From Pavona decussata (Eukaryota), in contig CDRNST010000020.1 in NCBI GenBank assembly GCA_977016875.1, positions 5,580,001 to 5,644,000 on the forward strand: 64,000 nt of DNA. Reading direction: 5' to 3'. Made by a program: the position numbers and the translations under genes. The notes below the pieces were generated by a model, which did not search any database, had not been told where the DNA came from, and saw only the letters and a list, made by a program, of their open reading frames with translations. Every line of letters starts with the position of its first letter. Within the stretch, counting starts at the first letter, position 1. Positions 50,450 to 63,118 of this stretch are shown here, in pieces.

Positions 50450-53400
50450 AATAGCGTAATTTACAGGATATTGCAAACTTTAAAAATTTGTGGTACATTG
50501 CCTTGCGTTGCGTAGTTTACAGCAAGCCGTGGTGTCATTTTGTTTTTGTGAAACTGTTAAAACAGTTTCACATAATTTGAGTGCTTTTAGTTGCATAGCT
50601 CCTGGTTGTAATATCACATAACGTTAAGGTTATCGGAAATGAAAACCTTCAGAAATAATTATATTATCTAGGTGGCAAACGACCCAAAAAAAGCTTATTT
50701 CGACCCACGGTACATTCGATTTGGAGGGGTCCTGTATTCGTCTCAAAATAAAATTCATGATTTTTGTAGCTGGCAGGCATGCACGTCTCGCCCAGTCCAT
50801 GCGTATTCAATCTTTAGTTTATTTCGTCAAGTTCGAAGACAAGATTAATTCATATTACAATTTACTTTATATTCAAGTCAAGGACTCTATTCTTTAACTC
50901 CGTTTGAAGTTTCATTCAAGATTTGAATATTTTTTCAAGACGTGATAACAGTTCTGATATGGCAAATGCCAGTGGCTACCACACTTAAAAGCTTGATATG
51001 CAAAAAGAAGAACTTGGGTGCAGACAACGATATCTACTTCGAATATTAATGATATACAGTCAATAAGCAAGGGTATATTCATTTAAAACTAGTGGAATAT
51101 CAGTTTATGTCAGTTGAATAGCAGTTTCAGTTTCTGTTACTGTTTATAAGTTAGCTGCATAGACTAAAGGTGAGTGCAACAAGCGAAAGGGGTCCCTAAA
51201 TTTATATCCAAGAGTAATAAGAAAAATAATCGTATTCTAGATCTGCTCTTGTGAAGAGGAGAGACATGGTAAAGTAGTGCGACAAATGGACGGTCTTTCA
51301 GGAAACAAATATGTCATCACTGGTTTCAAATGCACATGCTTGCTTTTACCAAAACGGTCTTCGTTTTATTTTTTGTAAAGCTTTTTCGAGCGTCTCTATC
51401 CCTTTCTTTGGAAGGCAAAAAGTTAATTCCCGCCAAAGCTCTTAAACTAGTTTCTTATAGAAAGGGTTTACGTAGCGTAGTCCATTGTCATTGTCTCGGA
51501 AAAAGTCGATTTTACCATCAAGCACTCCACTTAGTTTCTCTTCACAATATGCAAACCACTAGCAAACATGATAAACAAATGTCACAAAATCTAAAGGATA
51601 ATTTTGTTAATTAAATATCAGCCTCTCCACAATTTCTTGTTTTTAATGCAGGACTGTGTACTTGTTTTTCGCTGGCTCATATGGTAGGCTTGTTAAGCCC
51701 CGTCTACAGGAGAACGGATATTGCGAATTTTACAAATTTGTGGTACATTGCCTTGCGTTGTGTAGTTTACAGCAAGCCGTGGTGTCTTTTTAACAGTTCC
51801 ACATAATTTGAGTGCTTTTAGTTGCATAGCTCCTAGTTTTAATACCACACAAAGTTAAGGTTATCGGAAATGAAAACCTTCAGAAATAATAATATTATCT
51901 AGGTGGCAAACGACCCCAAAACAGCTTATTTCGACCCACGGTACATTCGATTTGGAGGGGTCCTGTATTCGCCTCTAATTAAAATTCATGATTTTTGTAG
52001 CTGGCAGGCAAGCACAATTCAATTCAATTCAATTCAATCAATTCAATTTAATTTAATCACACATTTTACAATTCATACTTTAAACCAAGCTTATTTATTA
52101 CTAACCTATAAAAAATATAAAAATAACTTTAAATACAGCTTTGCTACCAGTTATTTACATGGCAAAACATTTCCGCCCGCAAATAACATGTGCTAGTCGA
52201 GGCGGGCTGAGAAAAGGGGGACAGCACTCAGTAATAAATTACCTAAATAAATAACATATAAAAACGTAAATACATAACGTTTACAAAATCAACCAGTTTT
52301 AATAAGTAAATTATAAATTATACTAAACTCATTGTAAAACTAAACTAATTTTTCTTGAAACTAAAGTAAATGAGATTTTCGGTATCAACTTTATAAATTA
52401 AACTGTGTATCGTTCCGATAGTTCGCTATTTTTTTAAGCAGTATGGGCGATTCATCATAATCGTCCTCTCCCTCTAATAACGAGAGTAGCGTCTCGCCCA
52501 GTCCATGCGTATTCAATCTTTAATTTATTTCGTCAAGTTCAAAGGCAAGATAAATTCATATTACAATTTACTTTATATTCAAGTCAAGGACTCTATTCTT
52601 TAACTTCATTTGAAGTTTCATTCGATATTTGAATATTTTTTCAAGACGTAATAATAGTTCTGATATCGCCAATGCCAGTGGCAACCTCACTTAAACGGTT
52701 ACTATGTAAATAGCAGAACTTGGGGGCAGCAACGATATCTACTTCGAATGGTCATGATATACATTCAATAAGCAAGGGTATATTCATTTCGAACTAGTGG
52801 AATATCAGTTTCTGTCAGTTGAATAGCAGTTTCAGTTTCTGTTACTGTTTATGAGTTGGCTGCATAGACTAAAGGTGAGTGCAACAAGCGAAAGGGGTCC
52901 CTAAATTTATATCCAAGAGTAATAAGAAAAATAATCGTATTCTAGATCTGCTCTTGTGAAGAGGAGAGACATGGTAAAGTAGTGCGACAAATGGACGGTC
53001 TTTCAGGAAACAAATATGTCATCACTGGTTTCAAATGCACATGCTTGCTTTTACCAAAACGGTCTTCGTTTTATTTTTTGTGAAGCTTTTTCGAGCGTCT
53101 CTATCCCTTTCTTTGGAAGGCAAAAAGTTAATTCCCGCCAAAGCTCTTAAACTAGTTTCTTATAGAAAGGGTTTACGTAGCGTAGTCCATTGTCATTGTC
53201 TCGGAAAAAGTCGATTTTACCATCAAGCACTCCACTTAGTTTCTCTTCACAATATGCAAACCACTAGCAAACATGATAAACAAATGTCACAAAATCTAAA
53301 GGATAATTTTGTTAATTAAATATCAGCCTCTCCACAATTTCTTGTTTTTAATGCAGGACTGTGTACTTGTTTTTCGCTGGCTCATATGGTAGGCTTGTTA

Positions 53401-55251
53401 AGCCCCGTCTACAGGAGAACGGATATTGCGAATTTTACAAATTTGTGGTACATTGCCTTGCGTTGTGTAGTTTACAGCAAGCCGTGGTGTCTTTTTAACA
53501 GTTCCACATAATTTGAGTGCTTTTAGTTGCATAGCTCCTAGTTTTAATACCACATAAAGTTAAGGTTATCGGAAATGAAAACCTTCAGAAATAATAATAT
53601 TATCTAGGTGGCAAACGACCCAAAAACAGCTTATTTCGACCCACGGTACATTCGATTTGGAGGGGTCCTGTATTCGCCTCTAATTAAAATTCATGATTTT
53701 TGTAGCTGGAAGGCAAGCACAATTCAATTCAATTCAATTCAATCAATTCAATTTAATTTAATCACACATTTTACAATTCATACTTTAAACCAAGCTTATT
53801 TATTACTAACCTATAAAAAATATAAAAATAACTTTAAATACAGCTTTGCTACCAGTTATTTACATGGCAAAACATTTCCGCCCGCAAATAACATGTGCTA
53901 GTCGAGGCGGGCTGAGAAAAGGGGGACAGCACTCAGTAATAAATTACCTAAATAAATAACATATAAAAACGTAAATACATAACGTTTACAAAATCAACCA
54001 GTTTTAATAAGTAAATTATAAATTATACTAAACTCATTGTAAAACTAAACTAATTTTTCTTGAAACTAAAGTAAATGAGATTTTCGGTATCAACTTTATA
54101 AATTAAACTGTGTATCGTTCCGATAGTTCGCTATTTTTTTAAGCAGTATGGGCGATTCATCATAATCGTCCTCTCCCTCTAATAACGAGAGTAGCGTCTC
54201 GCCCAGTCCATGCGTATTCAATCTTTAATTTATTTCGTCAAGTTCAAAGGCAAGATAAATTCATATTACAATTTACTTTATATTCAAGTCAAGGACTCTA
54301 TTCTTTAACTTCATTTGAAGTTTCATTCGATATTTGAATATTTTTTCAAGACGTAATAATAGTTCTGATATCGCCAATGCCAGTGGCAACCTCACTTAAA
54401 CGGTTACTATGTAAATAGCAGAACTTGGGTGCAGCAACGATATCTACTTCGAATGGTCATGATATACATTCAATAAGCAAGGGTATATTCATTTCGAACT
54501 AGTGGAATATCAGTTTCTGTCAGTTGAATAGCAGTCTCAGTTTCTGTTACTGTTTATAAGTTGGCTGCATAGACCAAAGGTGAGTGCAACAAGCGAAAGG
54601 GGTCCCTAAATTTATATCCAAGAGTAATAAGAAAAATAATCGTATTCTAGATCTGCTCTTGTGAAGAGGAGAGACATGGTAAAGTAGTGCGACAAATGGA
54701 CGGTCTTTCAGGAAACAAATATGTCATCACTGGTTTCAAATGCACATGCTTGCTTTTACCAAAACGGTCTTCGTTTTATTTTTTGTGAAGCTTTTTCGAG
54801 CGTCTCTATCCCTTTCTTTGGAAGGCAAAAAGTTAATTCCCGCCAAAGCTCTTAAACTAGTTTCTTATAGAAAGGGTTTACGTAGCGTAGTCCATTGTCA
54901 TTGTCTCGGAAAAAGTCGATTTTACCATCAAGCACTCCACTTAGTTTCTCTTCACAATATGCAAACCACTAGCAAACATGATAAACAAATGTCACAAAAT
55001 CTAAAGGATAATTTTGTTAATTAAATATCAGCCTCTCCACAATTTCTTGATTTTAATGCAGGACTGTGTACTTGTTTTTCGCTGGCTCATATGGTAGGCT
55101 TGTTAAGCCCCGTCTACAGGAGAACGGATATTGCGAATTTTACAAATTTGTGGTACATTGCCTTGCGTTGTGTAGTTTACAGCAAGCCGTGGTGTCTTTT
55201 TAACAGTTCCACATAATTTGAGTGCTTTTAGTTGCATAGCTCCTAGTTTTA
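50450..55251 (+). repeat. Tandem array: one diverged ~1.25-kb unit followed by near-identical repeats of period 1705 bp
   Basis: Identical spurious ORFs at 51330/53035/54740 and near-identical ones at 51903/53608 (spacing exactly 1705). Confidence 0.95.
52016..52490 (-). mobile_element. Short 5'-truncated LINE 3' end with (TTGAA)n tail (duplicated at ~53721-54195)
   Basis: Absent from the empty site GCATGCAC|GTCTCGCCCAG at ~50785. Minus strand encodes LLSLLEGEDDYDESPILLKKI, then a 3' UTR and pentanucleotide tail. Confidence 0.7.
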
Positions 55252-55680
55252 CACTGCATGAAATGTCGAATATACGGCGGTATAATAAAGCCTTATACAT
55301 CGTGTATACGGAAAGATGTACTGATGTATAAGGATTTATATGTATAAGGATTGTATAAGGTTCAGTATACTTTTATACCTTATACAACTGTGTACTGAAA
55401 ATTATATTTACCGGTACACAATGTGTAAGGTCACTTCTACAATGAAGTCAACGTAGTTTGAATGAAGCTTTCAACTGGGTGTTTTTTGAAGATTACAATG
55501 CTTCTTACACTTCAAAGTTACCTAACGCACTATTTTCTGCAAAATTGCTGACAATGTCGGTATATGACTCAAGCGTGTACTGCTGATTATACATTACCGC
55601 ATACAAAGTAAAAGAACAACTTATTATGTCTTATTCCAATTGTAGTGGTTTCAAAACTAATTGTTTCAAACACAAATTAA

Positions 55681-57040
55681 CGGGTCATTTGTGTCGGTTG
55701 GGTCATTTGTGTCAGTTGGGCCATTTGTGTCGGTTGGGTCATTGGTGTCACTGTTGAGCCATTTGTGTTGGTTGGGTCATTTATGCTGGTTGGGTCATTT
55801 GTGTCAGTTGGGCCATTTGTGTCGGTTGGGTCATTTGTGTTAGTTGGGTCATTTGTGTCAGTTGGGTCATTTGTGCCGGTTGGGTCATTTTATGCTGGTT
55901 GGGCCATTTGTGTCGGTTGGGTCATTTGTGTCAGTTGGGCCATGTGTCAGTTAAGCCATTTGTGTCAGTTGGGCCATGTGTCAGTTGGGTCATTTGTGTC
56001 AGTTGTGTCATTTGTGTCAGTTGGGTCATTTGTGTCAGTTGGGTCATTTGTGTTAGTTGGGCCATTTGTGTTAGTTGGGCCATTTGTATTAGTTGGGTCA
56101 TTTGTGTCAGTTGGGCCATTTGTGTTAGTTGGGTCATTTGTGTCAGTTGGATCATTTGTGCCGGTTGGGTCATTTTATGCTGGTTGGGCCATTTGCGTCG
56201 GTTGGGTCATTTGTGTCAGTTGGGCCATTTGTGCCGGTTGGGCCATTTGTGTTAGTTGGGTCATTTGTGTCAGTTGGGCCATTTGTGCTGGTTGAGTTAT
56301 TTGTGTCAGTTGGGTCATTTGTGTCAGTTGCGCCATTTGTGTCGGTTGGGCCATTTGTGCTGGTTTAGTTATTTGAGTCAGTTGGGTCATTTGTGTCAGT
56401 TGGGCCATTTGTGCTGGTTGAGTTATTTGAGTCAGTTGGGTCATTTGTGTCAGTTGGGCCATTTGTGCTGGTTGAGTTATTTGTGTTAGTTGGGTAATTT
56501 GTGCTGGTTGGGTCATTTGTGTCGGTTGGGTCATTTGTGTCAGTTGGGCCATTTGTGCTGGTTGAGTTATTTGTGTCAGTTGGGTAATTTGTGCTGGTTG
56601 GGTCATTTGTGTCGGTTGGGTCATTTGTGCTGGTTGGGTCATTTGTGTCGGTTGGTAATTTGTGCTGGTTGGGTCATTTGTGTCGGTTGGGTCATTTGTG
56701 CTGGTTGGGTGATATGTCTCGGTTGGGCCATTTGTGCAGGCTGGGTCATTTGTGCTGGTTGGGTCATTTGTGTCAGTAGGGTAATTTGTGCTGGTTGGGT
56801 CATTTGTGTCGGTTGGGCCATTTGTGCTGGCTGGATCGTTTGTGTCGGTTGGGTCTTTGTGTTGGTTGGGTCATTTGTGTCGGTTGGGTCATTTGTGCTG
56901 GTTGGGTCAATTGTGCTGGTTGGGTCATTTGTGTCGGTTGGGTCATTTGTGCTGGTTGGGTGATATGTCTCGGTTGGGCCATTTGTGCAGGCTGGGTCAT
57001 TTGTGCTTGTTGGGTCATTTGAGCTGGTTGGTAATTTGGG
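55681..57040. repeat. 18-bp minisatellite (consensus TTGGGTCATTTGTGTCAG), ~75 units
   Basis: Directly visible; it generates the many repetitive ORFs in the track. Confidence 0.97.
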
Positions 57041-58609
57041 GCAGCTAACTTATTGCTAGCAATTTTTAACGAGGCCCTCTGATATGAAACACTACAGAGT
57101 ATTAACGAAAATATTTGATTTGATGTGCCAGAAACACCAGTTCACTGGAATTTGATCATGACAAGTCCATACTTTCATAGAAATTATATCAGCAAGAACC
57201 CACAAAAATGAATGATACAGTGAAAATTAACCCCATGTAGTTTATCACAATGGTAATAAAATTTATTTGATAACTCTATTGCTAAGGACTACATTGCAAA
57301 GCACTTTGAACAATAAGTTAATAGCTAAAAGAAAGAAAATCTTAGATTGACTTGAGCAAAAAAATTATATTTTTAGATGGTTTGTTATAATAACTTATTT
57401 GTACAACCATTTCTTAGTACTGCAAAGAAATACGCCTGCTTGTTACAGCTGTATCAAAATAAAGATTTTTCGTGCAAAAAACTCCTCAAAGTTGGAACCC
57501 AGCTGAGAATTTCACAGATTATTTCAGAAACTTGTCAATGTCAATCAACTACACTGAAAATTTTACTTGCATTCTGCTCTGCAAGAATCTCGAACAATTA
57601 TTAAAAAACCACAACAGCAACTTCTGTGGCCACTAAAATGAGACAACTATTGCAGTCTTCAAACTGCAACATTTTTTTAATGAACATGTGACAACTACAA
57701 ACAGTAAGGTAAAGGAAAAAAAGGCATTTTCTGTCTTTGGTTTTAAATTAAGGCCTACAGCAAATATTTAAACGAAAATTGGAACAACTTTCTTAAAACA
57801 GGAGCTTAAAACATTTCATTGGTTTTCACATAGGCGAGTTTCCACTCCTATACAACTGTGCATATTTTCTACTTAAAATTGTTCTACTTTATGTTTACAG
57901 TGCAGCAACTTCAAATAGGGCAAAACTTGTTGACCAATGAGAACATGAGCACACATTGATGAAGAAAGAGGAATTGTGTAATTCTGAATTTGCCTGTATT
58001 AGCAAATCATGTAGTGTTAACAGAAGCAAGACAACTTGCCTGACATCAAACATCAAAAACTCTGCTCCATGTAGGTCTGGCTATGAGAAAAGACTAGTGT
58101 TGACTCATTTAGTGGCAGCTCATGCTGTGGCCCTGTTTGAAATTACTTCACTGTAATAATTAACAGAGTTATTTTAAAATAATGACCCGTGTTGATACCA
58201 TTGATTTAAGAAAGACTTCAGGTTCCATACAGTAATTTGATATGGTACAGTGTACTGTTTATTCTTCATAAATGAAATTTAACATCGAGTGGAACAGCCA
58301 CAATAACTCTCTCTTTACCATTGGGAGTTTTGAGATCATAACGCATATCAGCCACAACACAGACACTGTCAATCCTGGACACTGGCATGAATGCTTCCAC
58401 TGACTCAACCTCAAATGAAGGCAAGCAGACCTGAATTGGTAAGCCAAAATAAAACCTTGCATGTGGGTGAAGCTTGTACCAGTGAACACAGGCTAGAGTG
58501 TATGGGAGGTCCACCATTTTGCCAGCAGGGGATTTAATGGTGACAGTATGCTGGAAAAAGTACTGTACAACACCTGCATGTAAACAAATATGTGTTAATT
58601 ATATCTTCT

Positions 58610-58820
58610 TATGTCATGTCATGCCATGCTATGACATGCCATGTCACATCATCATGCCATGGTACTTCGTCATGACGTCATGTCAGGTCACATCATGCCA
58701 TGCCATGCCATGTCATACCATGCGTGCTATGCCATGCCATGTCATCATATCCTGTCATGTAATCATTCATATCTCATAACCCAATACATCATGTAGTACA
58801 ATATCACATCATATCACATA
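58610..58820. repeat. Degenerate (CATGY)n/(CATAT)n pentanucleotide repeat in the transposase intron
   Basis: Directly visible. Confidence 0.85.
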
Positions 58821-59312
58821 ATTAAAAAATACAGTATGATGGCCAATTTTCCTCCTAAACCTTTCCACATGAAGGTGTTTGTCTATAGATCACCATCTAC
58901 TAGTTTTTAAAGCATTACATCTGTTTGCACTGGCAAATTTTACCTGAAATATAAGCGACTGACTTGCAAAAGCACACAACTTTCAAATTTGTAGCGGTTA
59001 AGTACCATGTAGATATCTTTTTATTCTGGACCCACCAAAAAAATAATTGTAAACACTTACATGTACAAAATTTTGACTGATTGTCAAAACTTTAATTAGA
59101 ATTTGACATACCATACTAGCACTTGAGAAAAAATTGCTAAACAAACTGCAGAGCGTCTATGTGGTATCCTGACATGAATTAAGATTGTCAGATAATGTAA
59201 AAATTCAATCTTTTGAACGAATTTAAGGAGGCTAATATAAATTCCAGAAATTAAGATTTTTTTGGCAAGGACCGGAGAAAACAAAGGCTGCGGTTGATTG
59301 CTACACAATAGC

Positions 59313-59725
59313 AGAGGTATAGAATGGTAAAATCCGAGACCTTCGTTTAAAATCCTTTTTTCTAAATCCGAGCCAGAGATGCCGCGATGCAAAACGTGTT
59401 TTTTACTAACACTGCCGAAAAGCATAGTACGGCAATTTATGATGCAGAATTTATCCAAGCTTACATGTTTCACAGAAGCTGCAGAAGCGATTGCGATGTT
59501 GAGCCGTTTTTCAAGATTATTGTTTGTTGTCAGTTTAGGACGGTTTATTCATTTTCACTTGGTTTGCAAGACTCCGAGATTCAAATTTCAAAATGCAAGA
59601 TTCCGAGACCCGCTTTATTTTTTCGAGCTCGAGATTCCGAGACTCCAGTTTGAGACGCCGAGATTTCGAGACCCGCCGAAAATTTGCCGAGACCCATTAT
59701 TTTTCAAGGACCATTCTATACCCCT
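59313..59725. mobile_element. MITE with 16-bp TIRs and 6-bp TSD (AATAGC)
   Basis: AATAGC|AGAGGTATAGAATGGT ... ACCATTCTATACCCCT|AATAGC; repeated internal CCGAGA motifs. Confidence 0.85.
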
Positions 59726-59946
59726 AATAGCCATTTTGCGACTTTAATAACTAGCATTCTGCAGGTCAAGTTAATATGACCTCACGTTGACCACAACTTG
59801 ACTTGAGGTGATGTTTAAACACACCATCATTATATTCCCTGTTCTGGCATTGTTGTAGGAAAAGTCAGCAAAATAATATTTCGGGATACATCTTCAAATA
59901 TAACTTGTAAACCCTTTCTGATTTCATGCCATTAAAAATAATATAT

Positions 59947-60225
59947 TGTGTGGTTACATTAAATATCCATACCTCTCTCATGGAAGGGAATTTTTCTAAG
60001 ATCCCTCCACCTCTTTGAAATTCCAATCAAGCTTCATACATTTCTTTAAAATAATTTGTTTGTTTGTTTGTTTGTTTGTTTTTGAGAACCCTTCACCCTT
60101 AGGAATTATTTCCAATCTCTTCTGTGGGGGCAGTATGGTTTGTTGTTTTTGAGAACCCTTCACCCTTAGGAATTATTGCCAATCTCTTCTGTGGGGGCAG
60201 TATGGTTATTTTGTGAAACTACACA
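59947..60225. mobile_element. Degenerate MITE related to 34560-34751, with a (TTTG)n tract and internal duplication
   Basis: TGTGTGGTTAC..AAATATCCATAC ... GTATGGTTATTTTGTGAAACTACACA. Confidence 0.55.
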
Positions 60226-63085
60226 TTTGACACTTATTTGCACAGCTTACCTGGCCTTAAATCCAGTGAGTTTGTGTCCAACTGATTTGAACCATACCAT
60301 CGAGCCAGAATGCAGGCAGATCGTTCACTTCTTGAGTATCGTGAGTCAAGTTTCTGGTGATACAAATTCAACTGGGCACATTTCCGCACAAACTTTGGAA
60401 CATACACAATGCTATCTTCTTTGTGCAAGAAGCTGTACATTTTTGCTAATGCAGCAACCTCATCATCAGCCAAGTAAACTTCTTTGTAGGGAGGAAGAGC
60501 CTGAATAAAATGTTTGTCCACGAATGACAAATGAAAAAGATTGCTTCCAGTGCAGCTTTTCAGTTTAATACTTTCTTGATACTCAGCTGGTGTAAGATGA
60601 TTCCTCTTGCTTAGTGCCAGTGAGCCTTTGTTAGTTTCTGATAGCATATTGCTAAAGCCATTAAATTCTGCTGGCCAAGATATGCTTCCCAGCTGATGTC
60701 GTTCCAGAAATTTTCTCATTAACTGCACCTCTATCTGGTGGTTGTTTACATGTAATGATCCTAAGACTCCATTATAGCGTTCAAATGAGAAACACCAAAA
60801 GCCATAAACGGGGCCAAAATCAAGAATGCATTCACACAAATGGCAGTGAAGGTGCATGTTTGGCGTGATAACTGTTGAACCATACAAATTCTCAACAGTT
60901 TGACAAAACTTTACGAGTAGCTCATCAGCAACTTTGACTTGTGATCTTGGTATTACTGTGGAGCACAATATTCTGCAGGCCTTGACAAACAGCTTCCAGC
61001 ACTGCAGATGTCCATCTGGAAGGATGTCCTTTAGTGCAAAGGTGGAAAACACAAAGGCCCAGTTTTTAAATTGGTCAGCAGTGAAACCTTTGAAGCTTGA
61101 TGCTATTTTAGATGGAATTCTACCAATGCTGGATGGTACCTTCAACTTGTTGATTCTTTTTTGAAGGAGTTTAAATTCCTTTTCACCTAGCAAGTTGGCT
61201 TCCTTCCAAATTTTTAACATTTTCTTAGTGGTTCCCAACATCAAATTGTGCATTGGGTCAATGACTACGAATGAAATAAAGTCAAAATAAGGAAGGTGAA
61301 TTAAAGAAGAAAATCTAACGCCATATTTACTTTCTTTTCCTTCACGGTCTTTCTTGGAGGATGCTGAATTCTTGACTGCCCATGCCTGCTCTCTATGTTC
61401 AGCATTGGAGCGTAAGGTCCAACTGTCTCGATTAAAACCAGAGAAATCTTGCTTTTCGCCAAATGATGACCTTGGGAATTCCTTTTTACACTTGTTGCAA
61501 CCCATTTTTGCACTAAAGCTTAAAAAGCCACATAATTTACGAGACGCTGGTATGTCACATGTCACACAGAGTAGAGCAAGTCGACAAAACCTGGGTCCAG
61601 TAGTGGGGGTATTTATCCAAACGCCATCCCAGAAGTCCAATAATTCATCAACAAGAGGGTCCAAAAAGGAATTTACATCACGGCTGGGCTCCCGTGGACC
61701 TGGAATGATACCAACAATAGCAATGTTCTCCTCTTTGTTTCTTTCTTGAGGAGGCAGGTTAAGAAAACTGAGATAAAGGACCCCCACACTGTAAACTGAA
61801 TCTTTGTAGGGTTGAAATCAATCAAGGTTTAACATGCATCCAAAAGTGTTAGGAGCATCAAAAAAAGCTTCTCCTTCTGCATTCTTAAAGGTTTTCCATG
61901 TTCTTCCATCATAAATATCACCAAGGAGGTCAGGATCTCGAGATGACTTCTTAAATTCTTCGCACTTTTCTCCAAACCCAGGCCGCTTCAAAAACTCTTC
62001 AAGAGTCTTCTTCACAGGACGATAGCAGAACACTCTCTTAGCTTTTAAAATCAGTTCTCCACTCTTAGACCTCACTGCCTTGAAAAGGGAAGCACCACAA
62101 GTTTTTCTCTGGGTTCTTCTTGGGTGGTTTGGGAATTCTACAAAACTGCAACGCTTTCCCTTTTTCCTCCCATTTGCCATAGTCTTCACACAATCCTCGG
62201 GTTTGTAAACGGCTGAGCACTTCGGACAGACAATGTATTTTTGAAAGTCCTCTCTCTTTATACCCAGATAGTTCCTTATCATGAACAAGGAATTAGGCAA
62301 TAAGCTTGCAATTTCCTTGATTACTTTTGATTGAGAGATTCTGGCCAACAGTTCTATCAACTTCTTCAAAAAGGCAAACAAAATGGACAAAGCTGAATCA
62401 GAAAGGTTGTGCAGTGTTTTCCAAGAGATCAGGAACAAGATTACTAGCTTAACCACTGCACCGCTGATCGCTGATAATCCTGTGGTCTTAGTCACCTCCT
62501 CCTCCTCCTCCTCTGATGACAACATTCCAAGCTCATCAAAACTTAACTCAGCATCATCACTACCAGATCCCTAAAGAAAAGTAATTTTTTGTATTATTAA
62601 TTTTTGACAATGGAATAATTAAATGATGCAACAACATACTCAATTTCTGTCACCTTTGATCCCATTCTCTCTCTTCTTTTTCTCCTTTTTGGTTGAGGAG
62701 AGAGACCAAGTTTGCAAGTAGTCATGTGACCACCCAGCAAATGTGACTTCAAACCACAATTATGGAGCAGAATTTAAGGTGGTGATACGTATTACCAGCC
62801 AAGTGTTTCATTAAGATCTGTAGCAGGAGGGCAAATCGATGCAAATGATCTCAATAATTCAAGTCATGTTGGAAGCCCACAGTGGAAAACAACTACTTGT
62901 AGGTAAGGTTGTGCTCACAGCTGGATAATTTACCTGGTGCCCTACCCTTAATGAAACCACTGACCAGCTGTAACCAGGCTCTCTCTTCTCAACAACAAAA
63001 AGGAACCTTACATGCTAACAGGGTCTGAAATCAATTTCACTTCAATTTTTTTTAAAAAAAAAGCTCAAATGTGAAGGCAACATTC

Positions 63086-63086
<1 letters not shown>

Positions 63087-63118
<32 letters not shown>

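Larger units (their letters stand above)
58266..62570 (-). pseudogene. CACTA/EnSpm-type transposase, spliced (exons 62570-60251 and 58573-58266; further 5' exons unresolved), one in-frame TGA at 61818-61820
   Basis: YIVCPKC..C..C..C Zn region, DIYDGRTW, LNLD*FQP, LCVTCDIPASRK.CGF..GCNKC, VIDPMHNL.LG, TPNMHLHCH, YGFWCFSFERYNG.LG. Splicing CCAG|GTAAG..GCAG|GT gives RPGVVQYFFQH..LACVHWYK..FMPVSRI. Confidence 0.85.

Noticed and set aside
51330-55024. Three identical 94-aa ORFs as a tandem gene family
   Set aside because: Identity reflects recent DNA duplication. The older paralog at ~10420-10730 does not appear to keep the frame, and no domain is recognisable.
55681-57040. CRISPR array or telomeric tract
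   Set aside because: There are no unique spacers or cas genes, the context is eukaryotic, and the unit is 18 bp rather than TTAGGG.
55661-57048. Hexapeptide-repeat (TQMTQL / VGSFVS / LGHLCQ) antifreeze- or ice-nucleation-like proteins
   Set aside because: An 18-bp minisatellite is open in several frames on both strands; frames break at 17-bp units, and there is no unique N- or C-terminus.
61818-61820. TGA as Trp (alternative genetic code) or selenocysteine
   Set aside because: Other Trp codons in the gene are TGG, the final exon itself ends in TGA, and the position is Trp rather than Cys in the motif.
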